Origin: Rhizaria sp. SCN 62-66
Taxonomy: Eukaryota
Length of the DNA stretch: 64,000 bases
Assembly (NCBI GenBank): GCA_001724265.1
Contig: MEDY01000184.1
Location: 1 to 64,000, forward strand
Direction: 5' to 3'
Below, piece by piece: positions 39,407 to 51,162 of this stretch (the stretch's first letter is position 1; the number at the start of each line of letters is the position of its first letter). The translations under genes were made by a program, and so were the position numbers. The notes beneath the pieces were generated by a model. That model did no database searches. It was not told where the DNA came from and was given only the letters and a program-made list of their open reading frames with translations.

Positions 39407-39823
39407 TCGATGCTCATATACAATGTTTTAGGATCTATTTAGTTTAGTATTTGTCCTCAATTTTCCCAAGTTTATCATCGTTACATTAGCAGCCACGTAG
39501 TACGCACATGACAACAAGAGTGAGTAGTACGCGATCAATACATTATTCATAGCTTTTCCAATCAAAATAACAATCATAAATGTACCAAATCACACAAGTT
39601 CGTTAATATTTATTAATTGTTTGCATTGTTGTTATATTTGCTTTTGTAGTCCGTCATCGCCTTCACAGGAAGTTGGTGTTCATGCAAGGACATATGATAC
39701 TTCGCTCGCCACAAACTTCAAGTGCCTTGTTCATGTATGTATGTAAGCACCTCATTTTATGCGCCCTTCAAAGTACATTGCTCGAACATAAAAGCAATCG
39801 ATCGATCGCGCGCGCTTGCTTGC

Positions 39824-40810
39824 TTACTCATCGCGGAAGAAGGGCTTGCCGACCTCTCCGTCGAAGCTGTAGGGGTTGAGCGAACGGCGCTGGGGCGTAA
39901 CGGCGAGCAGGCTCTTCATGTCATCCTCGTCAAGCTTAAGCTTGAGCGCGTCGAGGTTCTGCTGCACGCGCACGGGGTTGCTGGTGCGCGGAATGACACC
40001 GCGGCCCAGCTCGATGTGGAAGCGGATCGCCACCTGCGCCGGCGTGCAGCCGTGCTTGGCGGCCACGGCCTGCACCGCAGCGTTGCCGAACAGGTCCAGC
40101 GGGGGCTGCCCGTCGTCGGACGGGTTGGCGTTGAAGGGGGAGTAGGCCGTTATGGCGACTTTGCCCTTGCCGTCGGCGTCGCGGCCGGTGACCTCGGCCA
40201 TCTCGGCCTCGAGAGCGACCTGGTTGAAGTACGGGTGCGACTCGACCTGGTTCATCACCGGGTAGTGCTTCTGCACAGAGTCCCAGACCTGCTTGAGCTG
40301 CGCGGCGGAGTAGTTCGAGACGCCGACGGCGCGCGCGAGCCCGGCCTCGACGACCTGCTCCATGCCGCTCCACGTCTCGGCGAGAGAGCAGGGGTACAGC
40401 GCAATCGCACCGGACTCCGTCTTGGCGGGCACCAGCGGCGTCGCGCTGGGCTGCCAGTTGGTGGGCCAGTGCACAAGGTAGAGGTCGACGTAGTCGAGAC
40501 CGAGGCGCTGGAGCGAGGCGCGGCACGCGGGCACCACGGCGTCGGGCGCGTGGTCGGTGTTCCAGACCTTGGTCGTCACGAACAGCTCCTCGCGCGTGCA
40601 CAGACCGTCCTTGATGGCGCGCGCAATCGCGCGGCCAACGGCCTCCTCGTTGCGGTAGATCGAGGCGGCGTCGATGTGGCGGCAGCCCTTGGCGATAGCG
40701 AGGTAGACCATCTCATCAGCCACATCGCCGGCGAGCTGCCAGGTGCCGAAACCGAAGCAAGGCATCTTCTGGCCGGTCGCAAGGGTCACAAACGGGGTTG
40801 CGGCGGACAT
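39824..40810 (-). CDS. Aldo-keto reductase
   Basis: GFGTW, RHIDAASIYRNE, REELFVTTKVW, DYVDLYLVHWP, AVGVSNY, NQVESHPY; catalytic D/Y/K/H present; TAA stop. Confidence 0.95.
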   Translation of the reverse strand: MSAATPFVTLATGQKMPCFGFGTWQLAGDVADEMVYLAIAKGCRHIDAASIYRNEEAVGRAIARAIKDGLCTREELFVTTKVWNTDHAPDAVVPACRASLQRLGLDYVDLYLVHWPTNWQPSATPLVPAKTESGAIALYPCSLAETWSGMEQVVEAGLARAVGVSNYSAAQLKQVWDSVQKHYPVMNQVESHPYFNQVALEAEMAEVTGRDADGKGKVAITAYSPFNANPSDDGQPPLDLFGNAAVQAVAAKHGCTPAQVAIRFHIELGRGVIPRTSNPVRVQQNLDALKLKLDEDDMKSLLAVTPQRRSLNPYSFDGEVGKPFFRDE

Positions 40811-41612
40811 ACAACAAAACTACCAAGATGGAATACATTGACAGGAGTGAGAGGTGAGAGATAGATCGACGGAGGGGGAAGTTCAGAAGCAAGTTCGCGA
40901 TGGTTTCGGTGTCATAGGAATTAAGATGAAGTGCCCTGTCGATATAACGAATGATCAAGACATATAATTTTATATAAATAATTAAATGTTAGTATTTTAT
41001 CAAAGCAAACGGGTTTCGAAACAAATGACGATCAAACACGCTCAGGTTATCGTTTTGTTTTGGATTGCACCAAAGATCTGCAAGATGTGCTCACGTCACT
41101 GTCACCCCGTCACCGTCACCGTCACCGTCACGTCGCCACTACCATCGACGAGTTTATAATGACTTACAGTGAGAGTAAACAGAAAAGAAACGAGATTTTA
41201 AGGTTGTTTGTGTTTTATTGATAAAGGGTTGTGGTGCATAAATACAAAAAAAAAAGACTGTACCGAGCCGTCCTTGTCCGTTCAAAACCGCCGGCGTCAA
41301 GGAAGCAGCCCGAGTGAAATACAGGGGAGAGCACCTCATACTAATTGTTGTTGCTAAAGTAGCGTCTTTGGAGTTTGGTTATCGAGTGTTTGTAAAGGGT
41401 GGAGTGACTGTTGCTGTCATAGTGTAGCTGCAGTCAATCTCACAGAGACGCGCGCGCGAGAGCGCACGCGAGAGCGAGTGTGGGCGAGAGCGAGTGTAAG
41501 CTCGAGCGTAAGCTCTTTGTTGTTCGCCATTATGTAACTGTTTCAGCTCCCGTCAAGCGCTCTCTTCCGCGGCGTCTCGCCGCCCCACCCGCCGCGCGAC
41601 CCACGGCCTCAC

Positions 41613-42658
41613 TCACATGGCGTAGTGGGCGATAGCCTCGAAGATGACGTAAGCGCTGACGCCGGCCGTGGCGAGCACGACGAGGCGCGCGGGCACCTCG
41701 CTGGGGCGCTGCACGGCGGGCAGCGCGGAGGAGTTGGCGACGTGGTGCAGCGTGAGGGCGTCCGTCTGCGTCAGCGTGCTGCGAGCGAAGCCGATGTCGG
41801 GCTTGGTCACGGCCGAGGCGGGGTAGGTGACCGACACCGTCACGTCGCGCGGGCTGTGGAAGAGCGCCGAGATGGGCGTGTCGGCGGCCAGAGGCACGTC
41901 GTTGACAGAGAACTTGACCACGGGCACCACGGGGTTGAAGAGCTGGAACGCGGCGTCGGGGATGCGCGAGTTGCCCGCGGCCTGCCACGAGGACTGCATC
42001 TCGCCGGCGAGAGCGGAGAAGGTGGTGTCGAGCGGCACGACGATGTCCTTGACGGTCAGCGAGTCAGACTTAGAGCCGGCAGGGGCTGTGTGTGTGTGAG
42101 AAGCGCGGGGTGTGGGAGCACATGGGGGAGGCAAGGGGGAAGGAGAAGAGGTCAAGGTGAGGTTACAGTGAGAAATGAAACGGTTCGAGACAGATAGCGA
42201 GTCACATGTGAAAGGGAGTTGAGGCTTCTTGTTTACGTACGCTTGAAGAACATGCGAAAGGTCAGGGCAACGACGGGGGCACTGCCGACAGCGTCAGCCT
42301 TGGTGGCGTAGTGGCGGAACATCATGATGTTCGCGAGGCGAGGGGTGGAGATGAGATTGCCATCGGACAGGATGGGAGTCTTGGTCACCTTGCCGCCCTC
42401 AGCAAGGAACTTCTCGCGGGCCTCCTGCACAGGCTTGATGTTCAGGCCGTAGCGCTCGTCCATGACAACGTCGTAGGTGCCAAAGACGTGGGCAATCGCA
42501 TCGTCGTGAGGCAGACGGGGCATGGTCGTCTGGAAGCTCGCGCGGGCGAGGGGCGCCTTGAGAACGGGAGAGACGACGCTGGTGGCAGAAGCAGTCATGC
42601 CAGACACCAGAGACTTGGCACCGCCAACGCGACTAAAACGCTGAATAGCAGAACGCAT
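41613..42658 (-). CDS. Unknown, probably mitochondrial membrane-anchored protein; exons 42658-42241, 42085-41613
   Basis: Presequence-like N-terminus (MRSAIQRFSR...LARASF), strong codon bias, phase-1 GTACGT...CACAG intron, C-terminal hydrophobic helix LVVLATAGVSAYVIFEAI; TGA stop. Confidence 0.75.
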
Positions 42659-43454
42659 TTCGCAAACGTTTGTTTTTTCAAACCTTAAAACACGCGACCT
42701 ACGTCTCGTCTTTTACTTTTTTCTGCCACCGTTGGGCCCGTTCCGCGGCTTACTTAGCCTCGGCCACAGGGCCGAAAAAAGGAAACCCAGAGTGACCGTG
42801 AGCAGAGCTTCATTCCGCCCAAGTTTCAACGTCATAAACGCTCTATTATAAATTGACAGTGTTGCATCCTGCTATAAACATGTCTTTGAAACCTGGTTGT
42901 TTAGTTGTGTCTTCTTGTTGCACATTACCTGGCGCGATATCTTTGGAAATAAGGGCGCCCACAGTCAAGCTTGACCACAGCTGAAAGAGGTCAGACTGGC
43001 AGAAAAGTGGAGTCGAGAAACGATTAAAGGAATCGACAATTATGACCGCAAAGCTCTTTGCAATTGATGCACCCTATGTGCAATGAGTTATTTGACGTAG
43101 TATTTAAATTGTTGCGCTTGAAGCCGTCTTCTATTTTGTGTTTGACTCTGTCGGAGGAGCGCCACGTGTGAGGGTCTATCTCACCCCTTCCCTCATCGCG
43201 TGCCACTGCTGCGCCTTTTCCATCTTTGCACATTCGCTGACGACTTTCTTCACCCTATTTCCTCGCCTTTGTAACACTCCGCATTCTCTCTCACGTGTGG
43301 CTCGGCCGACGTATACGCGTTCACAGGACCAACACTCCAGTCCCAGAGCTGGTAAGACAAGCACCTTTCGTATCTCCAGCATTCCCCGCCCCCTCGCCCC
43401 TCCGCGCAGCCCCCGCTCCCCGCCCGCCCACCCTCCTCCGGCCCTGGCCGCCGC

Positions 43455-46031
43455 ATGTCCTACTCCGGTGCCGCGCCCCCCGCGATGTCGCTGACGATGC
43501 CGCTGCCGCCCAAAGGGCTCGCGGCGCAGAAGAAGGTCACGGTCACGCTCGACCCGCTCCTCGTCGCCGGCGCCACGCTCCCCGGCGCGCCCGGCGCTTC
43601 CGCCTCCGCCTCAGGCGCGGGCGGCTACGGCAGCTACGGCCACGGCGCCGGCCACGGCTGCGGCCCGTCGTCGTCGTCGTCGTCGTTGATGACTGGCGCG
43701 CCGCTGCCGGTGCCCGCGCCGCTGCCGCCGTCCGCGTACGCCGTGGCGGGCCCGCATCCGGACCTGCCGTTCATCCTCACGCTGGCCTCGCAGGAGATCG
43801 CCACGGCCGTTGACGCGTACCTCGAGACCACCGTCACGCCGCTTGTCCGCAGCGCCGTCAACATCGCCGCGGGCTTCACCATGGCCGCCCATCAGCTGCA
43901 ATAGCAGACCTCCTCATCCTCCTCTTCCTCGGCCGTTGCCGCCGCCGCCGCCGCGGCCGCGCGGCCCGTGGACCCGGCGTTGGTGGCGCAGGTGCACGGC
44001 GCCGTGCGCTCGATGGTGGCCGCGTGCCGTGCCTCTGTCGTGCCGTGGTTGCGCGAGCAGCTCGCCGAGCAGGCCGCCGCCATCGCGCGTGCCTCGCTCG
44101 ACGCGCGGCCGCTCGACGCGCGCGCGCTCGCCGCCGTCGAGAGCAACCCGTTCATGGCCTACAGCACGCCCCACCAGTACGCATACGCCGCCTCCTCGTC
44201 ATCCGGCCATGGCAGTCAGTTCGCAGGCCCTATGGCGGTGGCAGGAGGCTCGGGCGCGTCGCCGACGCTGGCGGGCGCGCGCCACATGCGCAAGCGCTCC
44301 AGCGACATGCGCGACGCGCGCGTTGGCAGCGCCAACGCCAACTTGGCCTCCAGCTCCCACTACAACGGCGGCGGCGGCGGCAACAACCTGGCGATGCAGC
44401 GCAGCAGCACGGCCTCCCCCGGCCCCGGCGCGGGCCCCAACAGTAGCAACAGCGGCGGCGGCGGCAGCGACGCGTACCGCACACTGGAGCGGCTGTGCCG
44501 CGCGGGCGACACGCAGGCGCTGGCGGACGCGATCAACGAGGCGCTGGTGTCGGCGCCCGACGCGGCGGCGGCGTGGCTGGGCCCCCAGGGCCGCGCGCGC
44601 TCCTCGCTGCTGCACGTCGCGGCGTCGCTGCGGCGGCCCGACATGTGCGCCGTGCTGGTGAATCTGGGCGCGAACCCGAACCTGGTTAACGCGCGCGGCG
44701 TCACGCCCGTGCTGGTCGCGCTCGACGCCGGCGACGCGGGCTCCGCGCGGGCCATGGCCGAGCGCGGCGGGCGGCTGCCGCGCCAGGAGCTGGCGGCCGT
44801 CGAGGCGCGGCTGGGTCGCGCGCTGGACTCCGAGCTGACCGCCGATCTGCTGGCGCCGCCCGTGGACAACGCCGCGTGGGACGCCGAGAACGCGGCCAAC
44901 CCGCCGCTGTCCTTCTCTCGCCCGCCCACCTCGATGACCGGGGCCGCGGCCGGGGCCGGGGGCGTTGCGGGCAGCGCGTCCCCGCAGCTCGGCGCCAGCG
45001 CCAACAACACCGCTGGCACCAACAGTGCGGCCGCGGCTGCGGCTGCGGCGGCGGGCGGCGTGTCTGCCGAGTACGCGCGGTCCGTGCTGATGACCGTACC
45101 GCCGACCAAACCCGCGGACGCGACGGAGAAGCAGGTGGGCAAGATGCTCGACAAGCTCGTGCGCTTCGGCGACCAGGCCACGCTCAAGACCTTCCTGGAC
45201 TCGCTCAGCACGGGCGAGAGGCTGCTGCACACGGGCCCCACGGGCCACTCCAAGTCGACGCTGCTCTTCACGGCGGCGTGGAACAAGCGCAGTGACTTGT
45301 TCGATTTACTTATCGCGGGCGTGGGCGTGGACGTGAACCACCGGAACCTGCGGCGCAACACGGCGCTGCTCATGTCGGTGGAGCAGGGCGACATGGACGC
45401 TGTGGCGCTGCTGCTGCAGTACGGCGCCTACGCCACCGAGCGCGACCTTAAGGAGCTGGAGGCGCGGACCGGCCACGGCTGTGATCCCGCGATCGTGGCG
45501 CTGCTGATGGACAACTACAAGTCGCGCAAGGCCATGGGCGAGTTCGACAAGGTCAAGGACGAGAAGGCTACGGTGACGGCGTCCAACGTCAAGAAGGCGC
45601 TGGCGGCGCTGTCGCCCGAGAAGAGCGCGTTCCGGCAGGACATCCACAAGGAGCTGGAGCGGCACGTCAAGTTCGGCGACCCCGCCAAGGTGCGCGGCAT
45701 GCTCGAGGCGCTTCCGCAGGCCTCGCGCGACGCTCATCTGGGCCCCGTGGGGATGTCCAAGTCGACGCTGCTCTTCACGGCGGCCTGGCACCGACGCGCC
45801 GACATGTGTCGCGTGCTGGTCGAGTGCGGCGCCGACGTGACGCACCGCAACGTGCGGCAAAACAGCGCCGTGTCGATGGCCATCGAGCAGCACTCGCTCG
45901 AGACCGTCGAGGCATTGCTTGAGACCGGCGCCGACAGCTCGGCGCAGGAGGTGCGGGAGATTGAGAAGCGGACGAACAAGCCCGTGCCAGAGCAGATCAC
46001 CGACGCGATCTTCGACTGGTGCGGCAAGTAA
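43455..46031 (+). CDS. Ankyrin-repeat protein with three tandem modules and one in-frame TAG (43902-43904)
   Basis: ORFs 43455-43904 and 43968-46031 are in one frame, joined by CAA TAG CAG and 21 sense codons with no AT-rich intron; ankyrin motifs SLLHVAA/TLLFTAA...GADV..RN; TAA stop. Confidence 0.82.
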
Positions 46032-46575
46032 GGCGAGACTGACGCTGACGCTGATGCTTTTTGCGACTGAAATCGTCTTCTTGCAGTGGCCCAAGTCTAC
46101 AAGTCTTTCCTTGTGTCTGTCTTTTGTTTTTGTTGTGATTGTCGTTGCAATTGTGATTTCTCACCAGTGCTTTCGCTGTCCTTTTCTCATCCTTGTTTAT
46201 CGAGTTTGTTTTCCACGACGGAGTTGTGTCACGCTGCTGTTCCGTTGCGTTGTTTCTCTACAGCGCATCGACTGCAGTAACTCCCCCAACCCCACATTCC
46301 TTTTGTAAATGATAACTTTTTTTTTTCACACTGGTCATACTTTGACCACATATCAAGAGGTAGAGACGTTGCTGTTTACCATTGTTACAGTTTACAGTGG
46401 CGCTCTCTGCGTATCCACCCTTGCTCTGTCTTGTGGTCTTACTTGTTTGTTTACCGTAATCAATACAAACTCCGTCAATTGCACTCTGAGCGCCGATTTT
46501 GATTAATTCAACTTAATTTGTGCTCCTCTTCAATTTTGTTTTCACTATAGAAGTGGTCTTCGACCTCTATTCCCC

Positions 46576-48081
46576 ATGTCCCTGGTACGTACTTACTCTC
46601 ATCTTTCTATCCACTTACCTTCAGCTCTTGTTGCTTCATACTCACACCTATACACTCTTTTTTTGTTTGTGAGCAGAACTACTCTAAATGGGACGTTATT
46701 GAGGCTGCCGAGCGCGAGGATGAGGAGCGCGAAAAGGCCATTTTACGCGAAAAGACCCGTCTTAAGTACGTCTCACTCTCCAGCTCTCTCTTAAGAGCTT
46801 CTCCTTCTATTTAGACGCGCCTCTCTATAATCCTCACTATGAACCTGCTACGCTACTTTATCCATGCTCCTTCACTTGTATTGTTTGCTATCGCCATCTT
46901 TTCGGCCCGCCGCAGGTACATGTCTGAGCAGGCGGAGCGGCAGCGGCAGTGGCAGGAGCGCAACCCTGGCGCGGCGCCGCCAGCGCAGCACTCCGTGTGC
47001 GGCTGCAGCCCCGCCGCGTTCCAGCTCGCCGTAGAGGCGCAGTAGCAGGCCGCGAGCGCCGACACAGGCAGCGGTCACGGCCACGGTCACGGCCACGGTC
47101 ACGGCCACGGTCATGCCCACGGTCATGCCCACAACAGCCATGATCACGATCACGATCATGGTCACGGTCACGGTCACGGTCACGGTCATTCCCATGGCCC
47201 TGCGACCGCGCCCGCGCCTGCGCCTGCGCATCTTGCTGCGACTAAGGCCGAAGCTGCCACAGCCTCAACTGCTTCCAAGGCTCCTGTCCCTGCTCCTGCT
47301 GCTGCAGCTGCAACTGCTGCCTCAGCTGCTCCAGCTTCATCGCCCGCAGCGCGCAACGCCCCTGCAGCGAGCAACGGCACCAGCGCAGCGGCCGCCGCTT
47401 CGAACCCCCTGGGCTGCGGGTTTGCGGGCGTCGAGCAGCTGCAGGCGTTCATCGACGCCGCGAAAGCTGCGGCTGCGAACAACAACAGCAGCAAAACCAA
47501 GAGTAACAACAAGAATGCAGTTAGCAGCAGCAGCAGCACGGCTGTAGCAGCAACTGCGACAAATGCGGCTACCACTACTGCTCCCGCCGCCGCGCCTGCA
47601 GCTGCGCCTGCGGCCAACAGCAACAGCAGCGGCAGCGGCAGCGGCAGCGGCAGCGGCAGCAGTAGCAGTAGCAGCGCGGCACAGCCTGCGTTTTCGTCGC
47701 TGCCGCTGAGCGAGAAGAACCTCCGCAAGCGTGTGGGACTAGCGGCCGCGCTCGCCGACGCGCGGGACCACCTGGCCGCCGCCGCGCTGCACCCGCAGCT
47801 GCAGCTGCGCGCTGAGACAGCAGCAACAACAGCAGGCACAACCGCGACCGCGACTTCTGCGACAGCAGTTGCTGAGAGCGAGACAGTGAGGCCTCTGTGG
47901 CTGCCGCGGCCTCTCTGGGCCGCCCTTGCCCCTTCGCTCTCATCATCCTCAACATCATCAACTGCAACAACAACTGCAACAGCTGCAACAGAAACAGACT
48001 CGGCGGCAAAGCTAACGCCAGCGCCCGCGTCGCCGTCAGCGCCCGCGCCCGTCAAGCCCGTCAAGCCCTCCGTCTCTGCCT

Positions 48082-48125
<44 letters not shown>

Positions 48126-48848
48126 TCAGTGCTGGCCCTGGCGCGCTCGCCGCACCCGCCCGCGGCGTTGCGGCGCGCGGCGGGCAGCATCCTCTCGCGT
48201 GCCCAGCTCTTCGTCAACGACATCACGGGCGCGGGCGACGGCGAGGAGGGCTGGGCGCTGCAGCGGGCTGAGGCGCGGGCGTTCGCGCTCACGGCCGTTG
48301 CCGAGGCCGCGGCAGGGCAGGCGCAGGCCGCCGAGCGCGCCGCCGCCACCGCGCTGGCCATCGACGTCGACTCGGCGCGCGCGCTGGCACTTTGGGCGGA
48401 CCAGGGACGTCTGCCAGGAAGTGACTGTGAGCAGCAGCAGAGTGACCGTGAGCCGCAGCGGCAGACACAGCAGGGACCTGAGAGTGGTGATTCGTCGCCG
48501 CTCGTGCTGCTGTTCAGCCGGTCTGCGGCGCGGGGCGAGCCCCTCTGCGCGCGCGCCTTCGCCCGCCACCTCAAAGCCGCCGCCGCAGCCTCCGCAGCAG
48601 TTCCACAGAGCGGTCCGGAGGGCCCTACCACCAGCGAAAGCGACGGCGAGTCCGAGACCGAGGAGGGCGCGGCAGTGGGCGGTATGGGCCGCCCCTCGGC
48701 CCACTGGGTGCCCGTGGCGGCCGCCGACGTGCTGGGCTCCGCGGCGACGGCGCTGCTGGCGCGGGCCGAGGCGCTGCGGTCGCGCGGGTAGCCCGCCAAG
48801 GCGAGGGCCGCGCTGGCAGAGGTGCTTGCGCTGGCCCAGGCCGGCGTT

Positions 48849-48885
<37 letters not shown>

Positions 48886-49410
48886 GCAGTAATAATACTG
48901 GTGATGCAAGCAGTACGAGTGCGTTGGCGGAGACGGGGGAGCTGGTGCGACTGTGGGTCTGGGTGGACGGTGCAGAGGCTGCGCTGCTGCGCAAAGAGAG
49001 TACGTCCATCGAACAATCTATATCTTGGTGATTTACGTTATGATCTGTATCGTGCAATGTGGAGGGATGTGAAATTTCTCATCAAATGTGATGATGAATG
49101 ACACTATTAGTTGACATGAGGATTGACTAGGGATTTCGATTGTTTGATGGAATTATCCACATATTTCTCACTTTGTATTGCCTTTTTGTATCATTGCGCA
49201 TTCTCCCTTTCACTCACACCAACTGCTCAATTCACCGCTCACTGCTCACCGCTCACTGCACACACCGCACTGACAGTGGCCGCTAGCGCGCGCGCCCAGT
49301 CCCGGCGGCTCGAGAGGGAGGCCAGTACCGCCGCCAAGCGCGAGGGCGCCATGGCCCGCCGTATGGCCGCCGCGCTCAGGGCCGCCGCCGCAGCGGACGA
49401 CAAGAGCTGA
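46576..49410 (+). CDS. YSKWD-motif, His-rich, TPR-like protein with two in-frame TAG codons; exons 46576-46584, 46677-46765, 46916-48999, 49277-49410
   Basis: Three GTACGT introns with consistent phases (0, 2, 1) give MSLNYSKWDVIE...; exon 3 is open except TAG at 47043 and 48789; TPR-like LLARAEALRSRG*PAKARAALAEVLALA; TGA stop. Confidence 0.75.
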
Positions 49411-49501
49411 GCTGGGCAGCTGCTGACAACATGAGCTAACTTGCTCGCTCAAGCGAAGGTGAGATTCGTGCTCACTGAAAGCTGCAAGCTTCTTTGCGCA
49501 T

Positions 49502-49933
49502 TCACTCGCTGCTGGCAGCGGGCTTCTCGTCACCGCCTTCCTTCGCAGGGGCAGCGGTGGCAGCAGCGGGCGCGGCAGCGGGAGCAGCAGCGGGAGCAGC
49601 AGCGGCAGCGGGCGCCGGGGCGGGGGCGTCGCGCTGCTGGTAGTAACCGAGCACTTTGAAAACGAATGCAGAGAGTTGGGATAACGAAGGCGTGAGAAGA
49701 GATAAGTGGGATATGTTATGAATAAGGAGTGTGGAATTGCAGTTAGCGTCGCGAAAGTGCGTCGTACCTTTGCTGGCGAGCAGGGCGAGGGCGTCCTTCT
49801 GGTCCTTGTCGAGGCTCTCCATGGGGATGGGCTCGATGATTTGAATGTCCATATCGTCGTCATCGGAGTCAGAGTCGCCAATCAAGCGCTTGGGTTGAGG
49901 CTTCTCCTCGACGTTCTCCTGTGGGGTAGACAT
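49502..49933 (-). CDS. Small acidic protein of unknown function; exons 49933-49768, 49653-49502
   Basis: 114-nt frame-preserving intron GTACGA...CAAAG; biased codons; Ala/Pro-rich tail; TGA stop. Confidence 0.7.
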   Translation of the reverse strand: MSTPQENVEEKPQPKRLIGDSDSDDDDMDIQIIEPIPMESLDKDQKDALALLASKGTTHFRDANCNSTLLIHNISHLSLLTPSLSQLSAFVFKVLGYYQQRDAPAPAPAAAAAPAAAPAAAPAAATAAPAKEGGDEKPAASSE

Positions 49934-50274
49934 ATTTTCTTACTTAACGGATGTTAACACATCGATGTTCACTCTCCGAATCTTTGATCACTTCGAGCCC
50001 AGTTTGCGCCCCAAGCTGCGCAAGCGTGCAATCGCTGCATTTGTGGTAATCGCAGTATTTTTCAAATTACACTCATTTACAAAATTATTATTAGATTTCA
50101 ACTACGTTTTTGGATTATAAAGACTTAAATACACACCATACACAACTGTTATATGTATTGGCCTTCAAACAAGCCTTCTATATAAACTGGGAATTCCTTC
50201 CTTCATTTCCACTTGAACATGCAGTGCACGTGTCTCACAAACGTCGCTCAGACTCAATCCAACCGGTCGTCCGT

Positions 50275-51130
50275 TCACTCGGCGTAGAGCTCCGCGACCC
50301 CGGCGACCTCCGCCTTGGCCTTGGCGCCAATGAGCGCGGCGGCGACCGCTGCGAGTACCCTGGCGACGGCGTCCTTGTCCCCGCGCCCCAGCAGCGCCAG
50401 CGCGAGAGCAAAGCGCTCTACGGCCGCCAGCCCGGTCAGCACGGCCAGCGCCGCCTCCGCCACCGCGGCCACCGCCGCCGAGGCCGCCGCGGCGCTGCCT
50501 GACTCCTGTTGTGTGATAGAGGCCGTCTCTGTCTCTGTCCCTACTGCTGCTGTTGCTGTTGCAGTTGTTGCAGTCGCGATGGCGCGGCGCAGCAGCGCGT
50601 CGAGCCCGCGCACGCAGGCGGCGAGCACGTCGGCGCCCATAACCGAAGGCAAAAGCTTCGGCAGCCGCTTGCGCGGGCTGGGGGTCGACACCAGCCACGC
50701 GCCCCACGCCGCCCACCGCTCCACTAAGGGGCCGTCGTCTAAGGGGCCGCCGGCTAAGGGATCCTTAGACGAGGAGGACGTCACATCGGTTGCGACAGCC
50801 GCGGGGGGCATTTCTGTGAAGCGGGCGGGCCCCAGGAGCGCGTCGAGCGTGGCCATGAAAGCGGCGGCAGACTTAGCAGGGGGCGGCAATGTAGACGCCG
50901 ACGCCGACGCCGACGCTGACGCTGACGCTGACGCAGCAGTTGCAGACATAATAGTTGCAGTGTCAGGCACAACAGCAGGAGCAGCGGTGTTCTTGGACTC
51001 GGTCAGGATTGACAACAGCGTCGACGTCGCACTTGCACTGGAAGCACTCGCATTCGCACTGGCATTGACAGGAGCAGACTGAGCCTTGGCGTCAGACACA
51101 ACCTCACTGCCATCATTCTCCTGCTCCTGT

Positions 51131-51162
<32 letters not shown>

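Noticed and set aside
35996-48791. A-to-I editing (UAG to Trp) or pyrrolysine as the explanation for internal TAGs
   Set aside because: The contexts (polyQ, QPQP, RSRSQS repeats) favour Gln rather than Trp, and no Pyl machinery is visible; not formally excluded without RNA data.
47186-49057. 623-aa minus-strand ORF
   Set aside because: Antisense shadow (poly-Leu from AGC/CAG repeats). The plus-strand gene has phase-consistent introns and recognisable motifs.
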